This document shows, in pieces, positions 37,107 through 47,616 of a DNA stretch of 64,000 nt. The notes below the pieces were generated by a model. The model was not told where the DNA came from, made no database searches, and saw nothing but the letters and a program-made list of their open reading frames with translations. This DNA is from an uncultured delta proteobacterium (GTDB taxonomy: Bacteria; Myxococcota_A; Polyangia; Polyangiales; B10-G4), in the NCBI GenBank assembly GCA_963727445.1, contig CAVSGI010000006.1, positions 64,001 through 128,000 of the forward strand. Direction: 5' to 3'. Every line of letters starts with the position of its first letter. Position 1 is the first letter of the stretch. The position numbers and the translations under genes are program-made.

Positions 37107-39347
37107 ATGAGCTCTCGAAGGCGGCGCGCCCTACCGATGCTCCTCACCGGCGTCATGGCGATCGCTCTCGGCGCGCCGGGCGCGGTGCGGGCGCAGCTCT
37201 CGGGCGCAGCTCCCGAGCCGATGGCGGCGGGGCGCGTGACGCGCGGTGAGGACGGGCGCGTTCGGATCGCGCGCGGGCTCGCCCTCCCCACCGAGGGCGT
37301 GACGACGCGTGAGCGGGTGACGAGCTTCCTCCGGCGCTACGGAGAGCGCTTCGACATCGACGATCTCGATCTGGTGCTGGACGACGTCCGGCACACGCGG
37401 AACCACACCATCGCCGTCCTCCGGCGGCGGGTCGGAGCAGAGCGCGTGAACCGACGTTCGGTGCGGCTTCGCTTCGACCGCCGGGGTGTGGTCGATCTCC
37501 TGGTATCGGATCCGGGATCGCGCGAGGTCTCGAACCTTCCGCGCCGTGTCGACGCGCGCACCGTCCGGGTGCGCGCCGAGGCGGGCGTCCCTTTTCACGC
37601 AGCCCGCACGCGCGTCGAGCGCGCCCGGCTCGACGTCGGCGGCCGCATCGAGGCGGGCTTCGTCGCCCAGGTCGACGGCGCGCGGCCGACCGAACGCGCC
37701 GAGCTCCTCTTCGACGGGCGCGGGCGGCTCCTCGCGGCCGGTTCGCGCGTCGCGCACGCGCTCGGTCGCGTGTTCCTGCCGAACCCGGTGGTCGCGATGG
37801 ACGAGACCAGCGACGTCGAGCTGCCCAACCTCACCCGCGCGGACCGACTCACCGGCCAGTACATTCGTGCCGCCAGCTGCCCGACCTCCGGGCCGTGCGA
37901 CCCGCTTCAGCGAGCGGTCGCCGACGCCTCGGGAAACTTTCTCTACGAGCCCTCGGACCCGGCCTACGACGACGCCTTCTCGGAGGTGAGCGCTTACTAT
38001 CACTCCGATCGCATCGCGGCGTATTTCCGCGACGTGCACGGCTTCGTGTGGAGCTGCTGCGACACATCCACGGTGCTCGACGTCGTCGCCAACTACACGG
38101 AGGCGCCGCTTCGGCCCTACGACAACGCGTCGTACTCACCCAGCGCGTGCCCCGCTTCGGGTCCGGAGTGTGGCTCGGTGGTGCTCGGCCAGGGACCCCT
38201 TCGCGATTACGCCTACGACGGAGATGTCGTCTATCACGAGTACACCCACGCCGTGGTCGACTCGCTGGCGAACATCCTCGGCTTCGACTTCGACGACCTC
38301 GGCGTCTCCTACGAGCCGGGCGCGATCAACGAAGGCACCTCCGATTACTTCTCCGCGACGCTCTCGGGGGACGCCACCGTGGCGGAGTACTTCAGCGGCT
38401 CGGGCGCGCTGGGGACGGCGGGCGCACTCCGTGATCTCGACAACGACCTGCGCTGTCCGGACGATCTCTTCGGCGAAGCGCACCGGGATGGCCGCATCTG
38501 GGGCGCCACGGGCTGGGCCCTGCGGGTGCAGCTGGGCAAAGGCAAGGCCGACGCCCTGATGTACGCCACGCTCGCGGTCATGGTGGACAATACCGACTTC
38601 GACCAGGCGGCGTCGCTGCTGATGGCGACGGCCGAAACCCTGAAGAGCGACGGTCTGCTCACGGCGGAGGACGTGAGCGCGGTCGATGCCGAGGTCGCCG
38701 CACGCGGGCTCGAGGGCTGCCGTCGCATCGTGCCTCTCGATGACGGGGCCGAGCATCTGGGCTACAGCGGCACGACCTTCGCGACGGGCACCATCGGCGG
38801 GCAGGTCGCGCCCACCTATTATTCGATCGCGATCCCCGCCGACGCGACGCGGCTCACCCTCGACGTCGTGCCCGCCACGCCCAACGGCGAGCACACGATC
38901 TTCCTGCGCGACGGACGGTCTTTGCGCTTCAGCGGCGTGAGCCTGGTGGGCGACGCCGAGATCCCGGTCGACCCCGAGCTGCGCGCGATCACGCTCACCC
39001 TCGCCGACGATCCGCATCCGCTTCCCCGCTGCCAGACGCTCTACATCGGTCTTCGCACCGACGATCTCGACGCCACGGGGCAGAGCGTCTACAGCATTCG
39101 CGCCACACTCGAGACCAGCGGCGACGCGGGCGCGATGTGTCCCGACCCACCGCCGCCCGATGCGTCCGTCGACGCGACGACCGACGCCGACTCGGGGGCC
39201 GACGCCGGGGACGACGCTGCGACCTCCACGCTCCGCCTGGGCGGCGGGGGATGCCGCTGCGAGGCCAGCGGCGAGTCGATGGCACCGCCCTTCGTCTGGC
39301 TCGCCGCGGCGCTGTGGTTCGTCCGCGGACGGCGCCGCCGGGGTTGA
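37107..39347 (+). CDS. Secreted thermolysin/fungalysin-like Zn metallopeptidase with MYXO-CTERM-like tail
   Basis: Propeptide region, VSAYYH, VVYHEYTH, INEGTSDYF, GEAHRDGRIW; tail GGGGCRC..WLAAALWFVRGRRRRG. Start uncertain. Confidence 0.82.
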   Translation: MSSRRRRALPMLLTGVMAIALGAPGAVRAQLSGAAPEPMAAGRVTRGEDGRVRIARGLALPTEGVTTRERVTSFLRRYGERFDIDDLDLVLDDVRHTRNHTIAVLRRRVGAERVNRRSVRLRFDRRGVVDLLVSDPGSREVSNLPRRVDARTVRVRAEAGVPFHAARTRVERARLDVGGRIEAGFVAQVDGARPTERAELLFDGRGRLLAAGSRVAHALGRVFLPNPVVAMDETSDVELPNLTRADRLTGQYIRAASCPTSGPCDPLQRAVADASGNFLYEPSDPAYDDAFSEVSAYYHSDRIAAYFRDVHGFVWSCCDTSTVLDVVANYTEAPLRPYDNASYSPSACPASGPECGSVVLGQGPLRDYAYDGDVVYHEYTHAVVDSLANILGFDFDDLGVSYEPGAINEGTSDYFSATLSGDATVAEYFSGSGALGTAGALRDLDNDLRCPDDLFGEAHRDGRIWGATGWALRVQLGKGKADALMYATLAVMVDNTDFDQAASLLMATAETLKSDGLLTAEDVSAVDAEVAARGLEGCRRIVPLDDGAEHLGYSGTTFATGTIGGQVAPTYYSIAIPADATRLTLDVVPATPNGEHTIFLRDGRSLRFSGVSLVGDAEIPVDPELRAITLTLADDPHPLPRCQTLYIGLRTDDLDATGQSVYSIRATLETSGDAGAMCPDPPPPDASVDATTDADSGADAGDDAATSTLRLGGGGCRCEASGESMAPPFVWLAAALWFVRGRRRRG

Positions 39348-39350
39348 TCG

Positions 39351-39716
39351 CTACATCGAGCCGTCGCCGGTGGCGCGGCTCGGTCGGAGCTGGATGTCGA
39401 TCCGCCTGTCTTCGCTGTCGAAGTAGACGGTCGCTTCCTTCGGCACGTAACCGGAGGCCTCGGCGCGCACCTGCCCGAAGGGATAGTCGGTCTCGACCGC
39501 CAGACGATAGCGGCCGTTGCCATCGGCCGTGGTCTCGGCGGAGTACCCCGTATCGGCGATGAAGGAGACGGTGGCGCCCGCGATCGGATCTTCGCTCAGA
39601 TCGTCGGTGATCTGACCGCTGATCTGGTAGAGCGCGGTCGGAGCTTCTTCGCATCCCCCGAGCGTCAGGAGCCCGAGGAAGATCGCCGGAACCGAGAGGG
39701 CGAGCCGGTGTCTCAT
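39351..39716 (-). CDS. Small lipoprotein, carboxypeptidase-regulatory-like fold
   Basis: LGGC lipobox; ISGQITD..PIAGATV..TTADGNGRY..ASGY. Confidence 0.7.
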   Translation of the reverse strand: MRHRLALSVPAIFLGLLTLGGCEEAPTALYQISGQITDDLSEDPIAGATVSFIADTGYSAETTADGNGRYRLAVETDYPFGQVRAEASGYVPKEATVYFDSEDRRIDIQLRPSRATGDGSM

Positions 39717-39732
39717 CGGCGTGGAGGATACC

Positions 39733-40566
39733 ATGATCGACTCCGTGGCCCCCGCCTCGTCGACCTCGACACTCCCCGGCCCATCGTCGCGGGTGTACGG
39801 TGGTCGCCCCGTGGCGAAGAAACGGACGCCTCAGCCGGACCCACCCCTGTCACGGGCCGCGCTCCTGCCCCTCTCCCTCGTGCTGATCTTCGTCCTTCAG
39901 TTCGGGGTCGGGCTCCCCTTCGCCCTGGCGGTCCTCTCCTCTCTGCCACTCCTGGTCCTCTTCGTGAGCGCGCCCGTCTGGGTGCGTCGCTCGGCGCAGA
40001 GCTTCGACCGCGACGCGGTGGGGCTCCTCGCAGCGGGGCGGGCCGGCGAGCTCAGGGCGCGTTACCAGCGGGCGCTGGGCCTTCGTCTCTTCGGTCCGGT
40101 GGCGCTTCGTGCGGCGCGTCAGGGGATGGTGGCGGCACAGACCGGCGAGCACGCCGACGCGCACGCTTACTTCGCAAAGGCCATCGACGGTTGGGAAGAT
40201 CCACGAGATGCGCCCTTCGCGGTCCGCGTGGGTTACGCCCACGCCTGTCATGCACTCGGCGACTACGCGGAGGCCGTCGTCGCGTATCGCAAAGTCCTCG
40301 CGGAGCGCGTGGCCCTGCCGCACATGCGGAAGAACCTCGCGCATGCCCTGATCGAAGAAGGGGATGCCCTGAAGGACGCTCTCGACGTTCTCGATCGCGC
40401 CGACACCGAAGCCAGCGACCCCACCGAAAAGTCGGAGCTCGCGCTCCTGCGCGCATGGGCCCTCTACCGGATGGGCCAGAAGAAGAAGGCCAAGCGCCTC
40501 TTCAAAGCCAACCGCGACGTCGACACCGACCTCGCGAACCGCGCCCGCCAAGCCTGCAAGGCGTGA
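39733..40566 (+). CDS. Membrane-anchored TPR protein
   Basis: Two TM helices then TPR-like helices (YAHACHALGDYAEAVVAYRKVL). Confidence 0.65.
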   Translation: MIDSVAPASSTSTLPGPSSRVYGGRPVAKKRTPQPDPPLSRAALLPLSLVLIFVLQFGVGLPFALAVLSSLPLLVLFVSAPVWVRRSAQSFDRDAVGLLAAGRAGELRARYQRALGLRLFGPVALRAARQGMVAAQTGEHADAHAYFAKAIDGWEDPRDAPFAVRVGYAHACHALGDYAEAVVAYRKVLAERVALPHMRKNLAHALIEEGDALKDALDVLDRADTEASDPTEKSELALLRAWALYRMGQKKKAKRLFKANRDVDTDLANRARQACKA

Positions 40567-40592
40567 GCACCCAACCGTTCGAGACGTGATCC

Positions 40593-40722
40593 GTAGGAAG
40601 TCGCGGAGGTGTGTCAGTCGGCGAGCGCCCCCGCAGGGCGCGACTGAGGAATACCGAAGGTATTTCGCAGGGAGTGACCGAGGAGGTAAGCCGCCGAATG
40701 GCGTGCCTCCGCGACTTCCTAC
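40593..40722. mobile_element. 130-bp MITE/REP-like element with 17-bp perfect terminal inverted repeats
   Basis: GTAGGAAGTCGCGGAGG (40593-40609) and CCTCCGCGACTTCCTAC (40706-40722); the right repeat contains the mglA stop; no ORF. Confidence 0.6.
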
Positions 40723-41309
40723 CCGCCGCCGCGCTTCAGTTCGGTGAGCACCAGCTTCGCGACCGCCTTGAGCGTGTCGAAGACGCCCTGGCCGGTGACG
40801 GCGACCGCTTCGAACTCGGGGACGGTCGTCGGGTTGAGGACCTGACGAAGCTCGTCCACCGGGGCGATGGCCGGCATGTCGCGCTTGTTGTACTGGACGA
40901 CGTACGGGAGCTTGTCGAGGGAGTAACCCTGCTCCGCCAGGTTGGTGCGCAGGTTCTCGAGCGACTCGATGTTCGCTTCCATGCGTGCGATCTGCGAGTC
41001 GGCGACGAAGACGACGCCGTCCACGCCCTTCAGGATCAGCTTGCGGCTCGCGTCGTAGAAGACCTGGCCCGGGACCGTGTAGAGATGGAAGCGCGTCTTG
41101 AACCCGCGGATCTCACCGAGGGCCAGCGGCAGGAAGTCGAAGAAGAGCGTCCGCTCGGTCTCGGTCGCGAGGCTGATCATCTTGCCTTTCGCGTCCGGAT
41201 TCGTCTTGTTGTAGATGTACTGCAGGTTCGTGGTCTTGCCGCACAAGCCGGGACCGTAATAGACGATCTTGCAGTTGATCTCGCGAGAGAGGTAGTTGAT
41301 GAAGCTCAT
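40719..41309 (-). CDS. mglA: Gliding-motility/polarity small GTPase MglA
   Basis: [49 protein letters not shown]-terminal [10 protein letters not shown]. Confidence 0.97.
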   Translation of the reverse strand: MSFINYLSREINCKIVYYGPGLCGKTTNLQYIYNKTNPDAKGKMISLATETERTLFFDFLPLALGEIRGFKTRFHLYTVPGQVFYDASRKLILKGVDGVVFVADSQIARMEANIESLENLRTNLAEQGYSLDKLPYVVQYNKRDMPAIAPVDELRQVLNPTTVPEFEAVAVTGQGVFDTLKAVAKLVLTELKRGGG

Positions 41310-41316
41310 CGATTAC

Positions 41317-41799
41317 TCAGTCGTTGAACAAATTGTCGATGTCATCATCGGTGATTTCAGCGAACGGAGTCTCGCGATTCGGGTCCGAGACCTTGTTGAG
41401 CAACGCCTCGAAGATGCGGTTCAGCTCTTCACTCGCCTTCTTCACCCGAAGGCGCACGAGGCCGAGGCTGGTCTTGTTGTCGAAGATCACGACCAGGATC
41501 ACGCGGTTGCCCACGAGCTGGATGTGGATGTTGGCCTTCTCGCCCTCGTGGAACTGAGTGCTGAACTCGTTCTCACGAAGGAGCTTCGCCATCCCGCCCG
41601 TGGCGGCGATGTTGCCCGCCGTCAGCGACGCCAACGACGTCGTGTCGAGCTGTTCCGTGTCACCGGCGGCAGCGATCAGCTGCCCGTTCTTGTCGATGAT
41701 GAAAACGACCTTGGCGTTCGCTTCCCGAACCAGGCGATCGACGATCCCCTGGATCTGGTTGAACTCCTCCTCATACATCACCATCTGCGGGTCAGCCAT
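41317..41799 (-). CDS. mglB: Roadblock/LC7 GAP MglB
   Basis: MVMYEEEF, DKNGQLI, LDTTSLASLTAGNIAATGG, SLGLVRLRVKKAS, FAEITDDDIDNLF. Confidence 0.97.
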   Translation of the reverse strand: MADPQMVMYEEEFNQIQGIVDRLVREANAKVVFIIDKNGQLIAAAGDTEQLDTTSLASLTAGNIAATGGMAKLLRENEFSTQFHEGEKANIHIQLVGNRVILVVIFDNKTSLGLVRLRVKKASEELNRIFEALLNKVSDPNRETPFAEITDDDIDNLFND

Positions 41800-42004
41800 A
41801 AGCCCTCCGCGCTCGAAACTTCTGCGCGTGTGGAGAATGTCAGTCCTTGGCGAGCCCTAAAGACCCATCCGAGCAGCGGCTTCCGGTGGTAGCAGACCCG
41901 CCATGCTCCCGTAAAGAGCGAAGGTCTGGCGATGCGGGCCCAGAGCCTTTCGGTGGGGCTGGCGAGGGTGGCGGCCAGGCCCAGGCGGCTTAGATTGCTC
42001 CCCG

Positions 42005-43760
42005 GTGCTCACCCTCGCCACCAAGACGGTCACGAACCTCCTCCGGCTCCCATTCCTGCCGCTTTTCTGGCTTTCCCGCCTCTTCGGAAGGCCACGCGGG
42101 GACTGGGTCCATGTCCGGCTTTCCGCCCGATTGGTCGAACACGGCGGGCCCCGGCCATTTTTTCTGCGTTTTCTTCCGGGCGTCCGCCGGGCGCTCCCCA
42201 CCCCACTGTCCGCCCTGCGCCGCCTGGCGGCGAAGGTGAGCGCCGACGATCGTCTCAAGGGGGTGGTTTTCGAGATCCCCCACATGATGACGGGCTGGGC
42301 GGGCGCCCAATCGCTCCGGCGCATCATGGAGCAGATCCGGGCGAGCGGGCTCGAGGTCGTCGCCTATCTGCCGAGCGGCGGCGGGAATCGCGAGATTCTG
42401 GGTGGCGGCCGCCGCCGACCGCATCGTGCTCGGCCCGCAAGCGACCCTCTTCGCCCTCGGCCTCTCCATCGAGTCGCGCTACCTCAAGCCGCTCCTCGAC
42501 AAGGTCGGCGTCGCCGTCTCCACCACGGCCCGCGGCGAGTACAAGACCGCCGCCGAAGCGCTCACCCGCGCGTCCATGAGCGACGCGCAGCGCGAGCAGC
42601 TCGGCGCGCTCCTGGATACACTCGACGCCCAGCTCCGTGAAGCCCTGAGCGCGCGGCCTTCGATCGCGGACGAGGGCCGCGGGCTCTTCGCCCAGGGATT
42701 CCTTCGGGGCGAGGAAGCGGTCCTGGCCGGCATCGCGGATGCGGTCGCGTACGACGACGAGCTTCCCAACGTCCTCGCGCGCCTGGGGAAGGGCGACGAG
42801 GGAAAGCCCGCCAAGCTCGTCCGCGCCGCGCCCTACCTCGCCTTCGCGGAGGCGAGCTTCTTCGCGCGCGTCTTCCCGCGCCCCTACGTCGGCGTGGTCG
42901 AGGTGCATGGTCCCATCGGCGTCAAGCAATCCGGCATGGGGCAGAACCGCGCGGCCGATCCCGAGGTCGTCTGCGCTGCGCTCCGCGCCGCGGGCCGCGA
43001 CCGCTTCTGCGTCGGCGTGGTGCTCCACGTCGACTCACCCGGCGGCTCGGCCCTCGCCTCCGATCAGATCCACCGTGACGTGATCCGCCTCAAGGAGAAG
43101 AAACCCGTCATCGCCGTGATGGGCAACGTGGCGGCGAGCGGGGGCTATTACGTCGCCGCGCCCGCCGACTCGATCTTCGCCGAGAAGGTCACCATCACCG
43201 GCTCCATCGGCGTCGTGACCACGCGCCTCGTGGCCCGCGAGCTCTTCGAGACGATGGGCGTGCACACCGAGACCATCCGCCGGGCGCCCCACGCGGACAT
43301 GTTCTCTCTGTCGCGCGACATGACCGAGGACGAGCAGGCGATCCTCGATCGCGAGACCGAGGGCTTCTATCGCGCCTTCGTCTCCATCGTGGCCGAGGGA
43401 CGGGGCATGCCCTACGAGGAGGCCGAGAAGCTCGCCCGCGGGCGGGTCTGGTCGGGGGCCGATGCCCACGAACGGGGCCTCGTCGACCGCCTGGGCGGCA
43501 TCGAGGACGCCATCGCGGAGGTCAAGGGTCGGGCGAAGATCCCCTCTCTGATGTCCGGCACCATCGAGGCGCGGCCCGTGAGGCCCCGGATCTTCCCGCT
43601 GCCAGCCGCCGAGCCCCCACGCCCCGCAGCCGCTCTGGCCGGGCTGGTCGCGGGATCGGCCGCCGAGGGCGCCATGCGGGAGCTCGGCGAGCTCCTGGCC
43701 CTCCTGGACACCCGGGATTGGGTGCTCTACTGGGCGCCGGGCCTGCCCGAAGTCCAGTGA
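42005..43760 (+). CDS. sppA: Signal peptide peptidase SppA (long form) with one frameshift near 42400
   Basis: RLKGVVF..SLRRIM / AADRI..GEYKTAAE..VDSPGGSALASD..AASGGYY..TITGSIGV..ARGRVWSG. Confidence 0.85.
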
Positions 43761-43796
43761 TTGATCCCGCGACCTCGGCTCGACTATCGTTCGCCC

Positions 43797-44423
43797 ATGC
43801 GAACGACCTTTCGCGCCATCGTGCTCTTCTCTCTCCTCCCCCTCGCTGCCTGTGGCGGCGGCATGTCCAGTCGGTCCGCCGGCCCCATGCCTCAGGGGGG
43901 CACCTTCACCGGCGTGTGGTTCTCCCCGCAGTACGGGGAGATGAACATGGTCCAGACCGGGAACGCCGTCGTCGGCGAGTACCACAAGGACGAGCGCGCA
44001 GGTCGTATTCAGGGTACGGCCAACGGCAACCTGATGCGCTTCGAGTGGACCGAGGAGCGTGAGCTGGTCGGCGGTCTGCCGCAGACCACGCGCGGCCGCG
44101 GTTACTTCCACTACCTCATCGACGACTCCGGCAAGCACAACCTGCTCGGCGAGTGGGGCATCGACGACAGCGACTCCGGCGGCGGCGACTGGAACGCCTA
44201 CAAGATGATGAACCGCCAACCTCACCTCGCGAACGAGGGACAGGGCGACACGAGCGGCGGCGACAACGACGACTGGAACGACACCGGCGAGAACGAGGGT
44301 GGCGGCAGCTGGGATGACGGCGGCGGCGACTCGGGCGGCGGCGACTCGGGCGGCGGCGGTGACATCGGCGGCGGCGGCGACGACGACGACCCCGGCAACA
44401 GTCTCGACGACCTCGACCTCTGA
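43797..44423 (+). CDS. Lipoprotein with beta-rich domain and Gly/Asp-rich tail
   Basis: LAAC lipobox; FTGVWFSPQYGEM..GRIQG..FEW; acidic low-complexity C-terminus. Confidence 0.75.
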   Translation: MRTTFRAIVLFSLLPLAACGGGMSSRSAGPMPQGGTFTGVWFSPQYGEMNMVQTGNAVVGEYHKDERAGRIQGTANGNLMRFEWTEERELVGGLPQTTRGRGYFHYLIDDSGKHNLLGEWGIDDSDSGGGDWNAYKMMNRQPHLANEGQGDTSGGDNDDWNDTGENEGGGSWDDGGGDSGGGDSGGGGDIGGGGDDDDPGNSLDDLDL

Positions 44424-44447
44424 AGCCTCGGAAGGGCGGGAACAGCG

Positions 44448-45737
44448 TTGCAGGTCAACCCGCTCACGCGCGAAGTTCTCGTCAAGATCGTCTACTACGG
44501 GCCCGGGCTCGGCGGTAAGACGACCTCGCTGTCGTGCATCCATCAGGCGGCGCCACCCGAAACGCGCGGTCAGATTGTCTCGCTGGCGACGCCCGTCGAT
44601 CGGACCCTCTACTTCGACTTCCTGCCGGTCCGCATGCCGCCCGTCTCGCAGCACCACGTGCGGCTTCAGCTCTTCACGGTGCCCGGGCAGGTCTACTTCA
44701 ACGCCACGCGCAAGCTGGTCCTCACCGGCGCGGACGGAGTGGTCTTCGTCGCCGATTCGCAGCGCGGTCGCCAGGACGCCAACGTCGAGAGCCTCGAGAA
44801 TCTCTCGGCGAACCTGGAGGAGCAGGGTCGGACCCTCGACGACATCCCCTGGGTGCTCCAGCTCAACAAGCGAGACCTCGAGGGCGTGATGTCGATGGAG
44901 GAGCTCTCGGCGGTGCTCAACGTGAGGGGCGTGCCATCCTTTCCCACCTGCGCCACCACCGGTGAAGGCGTGCTCACCGCGCTCGACACCCTGGTCCATC
45001 GCGTCCTCGAGGACCTCGACGAGAGAGGGCAGCTCGGCAAGGGGAAGGAAGCGGCGAACGACCTGGTGCTCGGGCGCGCGGACCAGTCCTTCGAGGAGCG
45101 CGTCGGACGGCTCAGTGAAGCGCGCTTCGCAGCGACCGGATCCGCTCCGGAGACCTCGATGGAACCGGCTGCCGCGGTCCCTGCGCCGCCGAGCGTGCCC
45201 GAGGTCGGCAGCAGCGTCGCCCAGGCCCGAGACGCGCTCCTCGGTCGCGCGGAGGCGGCCGTCGAAGAGGAGCTCGGCCGCGCCAGCGAGGAGCTGTGGA
45301 AGAGCGCCGTCAAGCGCGCACAGGCGGAGACCCGGGGCGCCAGTGTGGTGCCGCGCGCCCGGACCGAGCCGAACGCCGCGGCGGCGCTCGCGCGCGAGCT
45401 CGCCAACCTGAGCTTCGCGAGCCTCTTTCCCCGCCACACGGACGCCGCCCTCAGCCTCGAGGGAGACCTCGCCACCGGCGCGCTGAGGAGCGCGGTCGAA
45501 CGCGCGGACCAGCTCGTCGACGAGCTGATACGGGAGACGGCCCGGCGCGCCGGGCTGCCGACCCACACCGGCCCGGTCTCGGTGGTGCTGCTCCTGGGCA
45601 TCGACGGAGCGACCTGGCTGTCCTTTCGCCGCCTCGTCGACCGTGTGCGCGAGGGGGGGCCGGTGGCCGATCGTGACGCGCTCGCGGCGTACGCGCTGGT
45701 GATCGATCTGCGCCTCAGGGCAGACCGCATCCTCTGA
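44448..45737 (+). CDS. Second MglA-family GTPase with long C-terminal extension
   Basis: [47 protein letters not shown], then ~230 extra residues; TTG start. Confidence 0.87.
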   Translation: MQVNPLTREVLVKIVYYGPGLGGKTTSLSCIHQAAPPETRGQIVSLATPVDRTLYFDFLPVRMPPVSQHHVRLQLFTVPGQVYFNATRKLVLTGADGVVFVADSQRGRQDANVESLENLSANLEEQGRTLDDIPWVLQLNKRDLEGVMSMEELSAVLNVRGVPSFPTCATTGEGVLTALDTLVHRVLEDLDERGQLGKGKEAANDLVLGRADQSFEERVGRLSEARFAATGSAPETSMEPAAAVPAPPSVPEVGSSVAQARDALLGRAEAAVEEELGRASEELWKSAVKRAQAETRGASVVPRARTEPNAAAALARELANLSFASLFPRHTDAALSLEGDLATGALRSAVERADQLVDELIRETARRAGLPTHTGPVSVVLLLGIDGATWLSFRRLVDRVREGGPVADRDALAAYALVIDLRLRADRIL

Positions 45738-45743
45738 TCGCGC

Positions 45744-46622
45744 TCAGGCGGCGCGCCGGCGGTGCTCCACGGACCGCCGGATGTGCGCGACGATCCGCGC
45801 GGCGAGGCCCTTCGGGTCGTCCATGTGCGGCACGTGCCCGTAGGTCGCGAGCCTCTCCACCACCGCGCCTTCGGGCAAGTGCATCTCGAAGAACTCGCGA
45901 TGGGCGGGGCGCAGCACGCGGTCGCGCTCTCCCCAGAGCACCAGCGTGGGCATGGTGAGGCGCTCGAGCTCCTCGGGCTTCAGAAGGTCCGTCGACGACA
46001 GACCACAGAGGAGCTGCGCGACGCCCGGGCGGCGAAACTGATGACGGACACCCCAGGCGAGGAGGTGGCGAAAGCGGTGGGGCCGGTGGAAGAGCTTGTC
46101 GACGAAGTCGAGCGCCTTGGCGTGATTGTCGAGGATGAAGTGACCGACGAACTCTTCGAGCTCCTCGCTCTCCATGGGCGCGCCGCCGGGGGCGGCCAGC
46201 ACCAGGCCGAGGACCTTGTCCGGATGGCTGGCTGCATAGCGCACGGCGGCCGCCCCGCCGAGGGAGTTGCCGAAGATCACGGCGGGCTCGTCGAGGACCC
46301 GGTCGAGCCCCTCCTCGAGACCGCGGGCCACGGTGGCCTGGCTCATCCCCTCCATAGGGAGCTCGCTCTTCCCGTGGCCAGGCATGTCCACCGCGATCAC
46401 GCGGCAGACGTGTGGTCGCAGCAGGCTCAGGAGGTTTTCGTAGTGTTGGCCGGCGGCGGAGAGGCCGTGGAGAACCAGGACCGGCGGAAGCGATCCCTCG
46501 CCTCGCGCGTCCAGGACGTGGATGCGACCCACCGAGGTCCGGATGAAGGTGCTGCGGTACCCCTTGAGGTGCAGCATGCGGAGCATGAGGCGCTCGGCGA
46601 TCGGGGGCAGATGGTGCAGCAT
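45744..46622 (-). CDS. Alpha/beta hydrolase
   Basis: LHGLS, DMPGHGKS, GNSLGG, WGERD, GHVPH. Confidence 0.85.
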   Translation of the reverse strand: MLHHLPPIAERLMLRMLHLKGYRSTFIRTSVGRIHVLDARGEGSLPPVLVLHGLSAAGQHYENLLSLLRPHVCRVIAVDMPGHGKSELPMEGMSQATVARGLEEGLDRVLDEPAVIFGNSLGGAAAVRYAASHPDKVLGLVLAAPGGAPMESEELEEFVGHFILDNHAKALDFVDKLFHRPHRFRHLLAWGVRHQFRRPGVAQLLCGLSSTDLLKPEELERLTMPTLVLWGERDRVLRPAHREFFEMHLPEGAVVERLATYGHVPHMDDPKGLAARIVAHIRRSVEHRRRAA

Positions 46623-46662
46623 GAAGGGGCAGGCGCGCGGCCTTCCGACAATTCTAAGTGCG

Positions 46663-47616
46663 ATGACCGCAAAAACCTCGAAAACGGGTGAGGATGCGCG
46701 GGGGCCCAAAGCCCCGGAACGGCCGAAGTACGCGACAAAGCGCGACAAAGCCGCGCTCCTCCGCCTCCTTCATCCGAACGGCTCGCCTTGGGGGGGCGAC
46801 CCGGAGGACTACGACCCGGCGGTCGTCGAGCGCGCCCTCGGCGTGCTCGGCCGCGCGTTCGGCGACCATCGCTACTTCCCCCTGCAGGTCGATGGGCTCG
46901 ACGCGATCCCCGATCCCCCGGTGATGTTCGTCGGCAATCACTCGGGCGGCACCACGGTGATCGACGTCATCGGTTTCGGCGTCGCGTGGTATCGCCACTT
47001 CGGCACGACGCGCCCCATCCATCCGGCGGCGCACGAGCTCCTCGTCGGCAACCCCTACACCGGCCGAGTGCTCTCGCAACTCGGCGTGGTGCGCGCCGAC
47101 CGCGAGGTCGCGCGCACGATCCTCACCGAACGCCACGAGGATCTCTTCGTGCTGCCGGGGGGCGACGTGGACGTGTGGCGTCCCTACCGGGCGCGCTACG
47201 AGGTGCGCTTCGCGGGCCGGAGAGGTTACGCGCGCATCGCGCTCCTCACCGGTGCGCCCATCGTCCCCGTGGCCCATGCCGGCGCTCACGAGACCCTGGT
47301 GGTGCTGAGCGACGGTCGCCGCTTCGCCGAGGCGGTGGGCTTGCCGCGCATCGCCCGCGCGCGCGTGTGGCCCGTACACCTCTCGCTACCGTGGGGGCTC
47401 GCGGTCGGGCCGCTGCCGCACCTTCCAGTGCCGGCCCGCTTTCGCTATCGCCTGGGCCCTTCCATCGATCCGCGCGTCATCGCGCTACCCGGCGCCGAGC
47501 CGACCGAGCTGCAGATCGAGACCCTCGATTCGCTCGTCCGCGAGGCGCTCCAGCGGGAGCTGAACGTGCTGCGCGATCAATCGCGCTTGCGACCGGCGAG
47601 GAGGAGATACGCGTAG
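46663..47616 (+). CDS. Lysophospholipid acyltransferase family protein
   Basis: FVGNHSGG, LPGGD, APIVPVA, LPWG. Confidence 0.8.
   Translation: MTAKTSKTGEDARGPKAPERPKYATKRDKAALLRLLHPNGSPWGGDPEDYDPAVVERALGVLGRAFGDHRYFPLQVDGLDAIPDPPVMFVGNHSGGTTVIDVIGFGVAWYRHFGTTRPIHPAAHELLVGNPYTGRVLSQLGVVRADREVARTILTERHEDLFVLPGGDVDVWRPYRARYEVRFAGRRGYARIALLTGAPIVPVAHAGAHETLVVLSDGRRFAEAVGLPRIARARVWPVHLSLPWGLAVGPLPHLPVPARFRYRLGPSIDPRVIALPGAEPTELQIETLDSLVREALQRELNVLRDQSRLRPARRRYA

Noticed and set aside
43035..45566. 843-aa minus-strand ORF, and similar long antisense ORFs (151..1221, 6242..8185, 11957..13531, 24277..26364)
   Set aside because: Antisense shadows of well-supported genes, expected in high-GC DNA; no family motifs.
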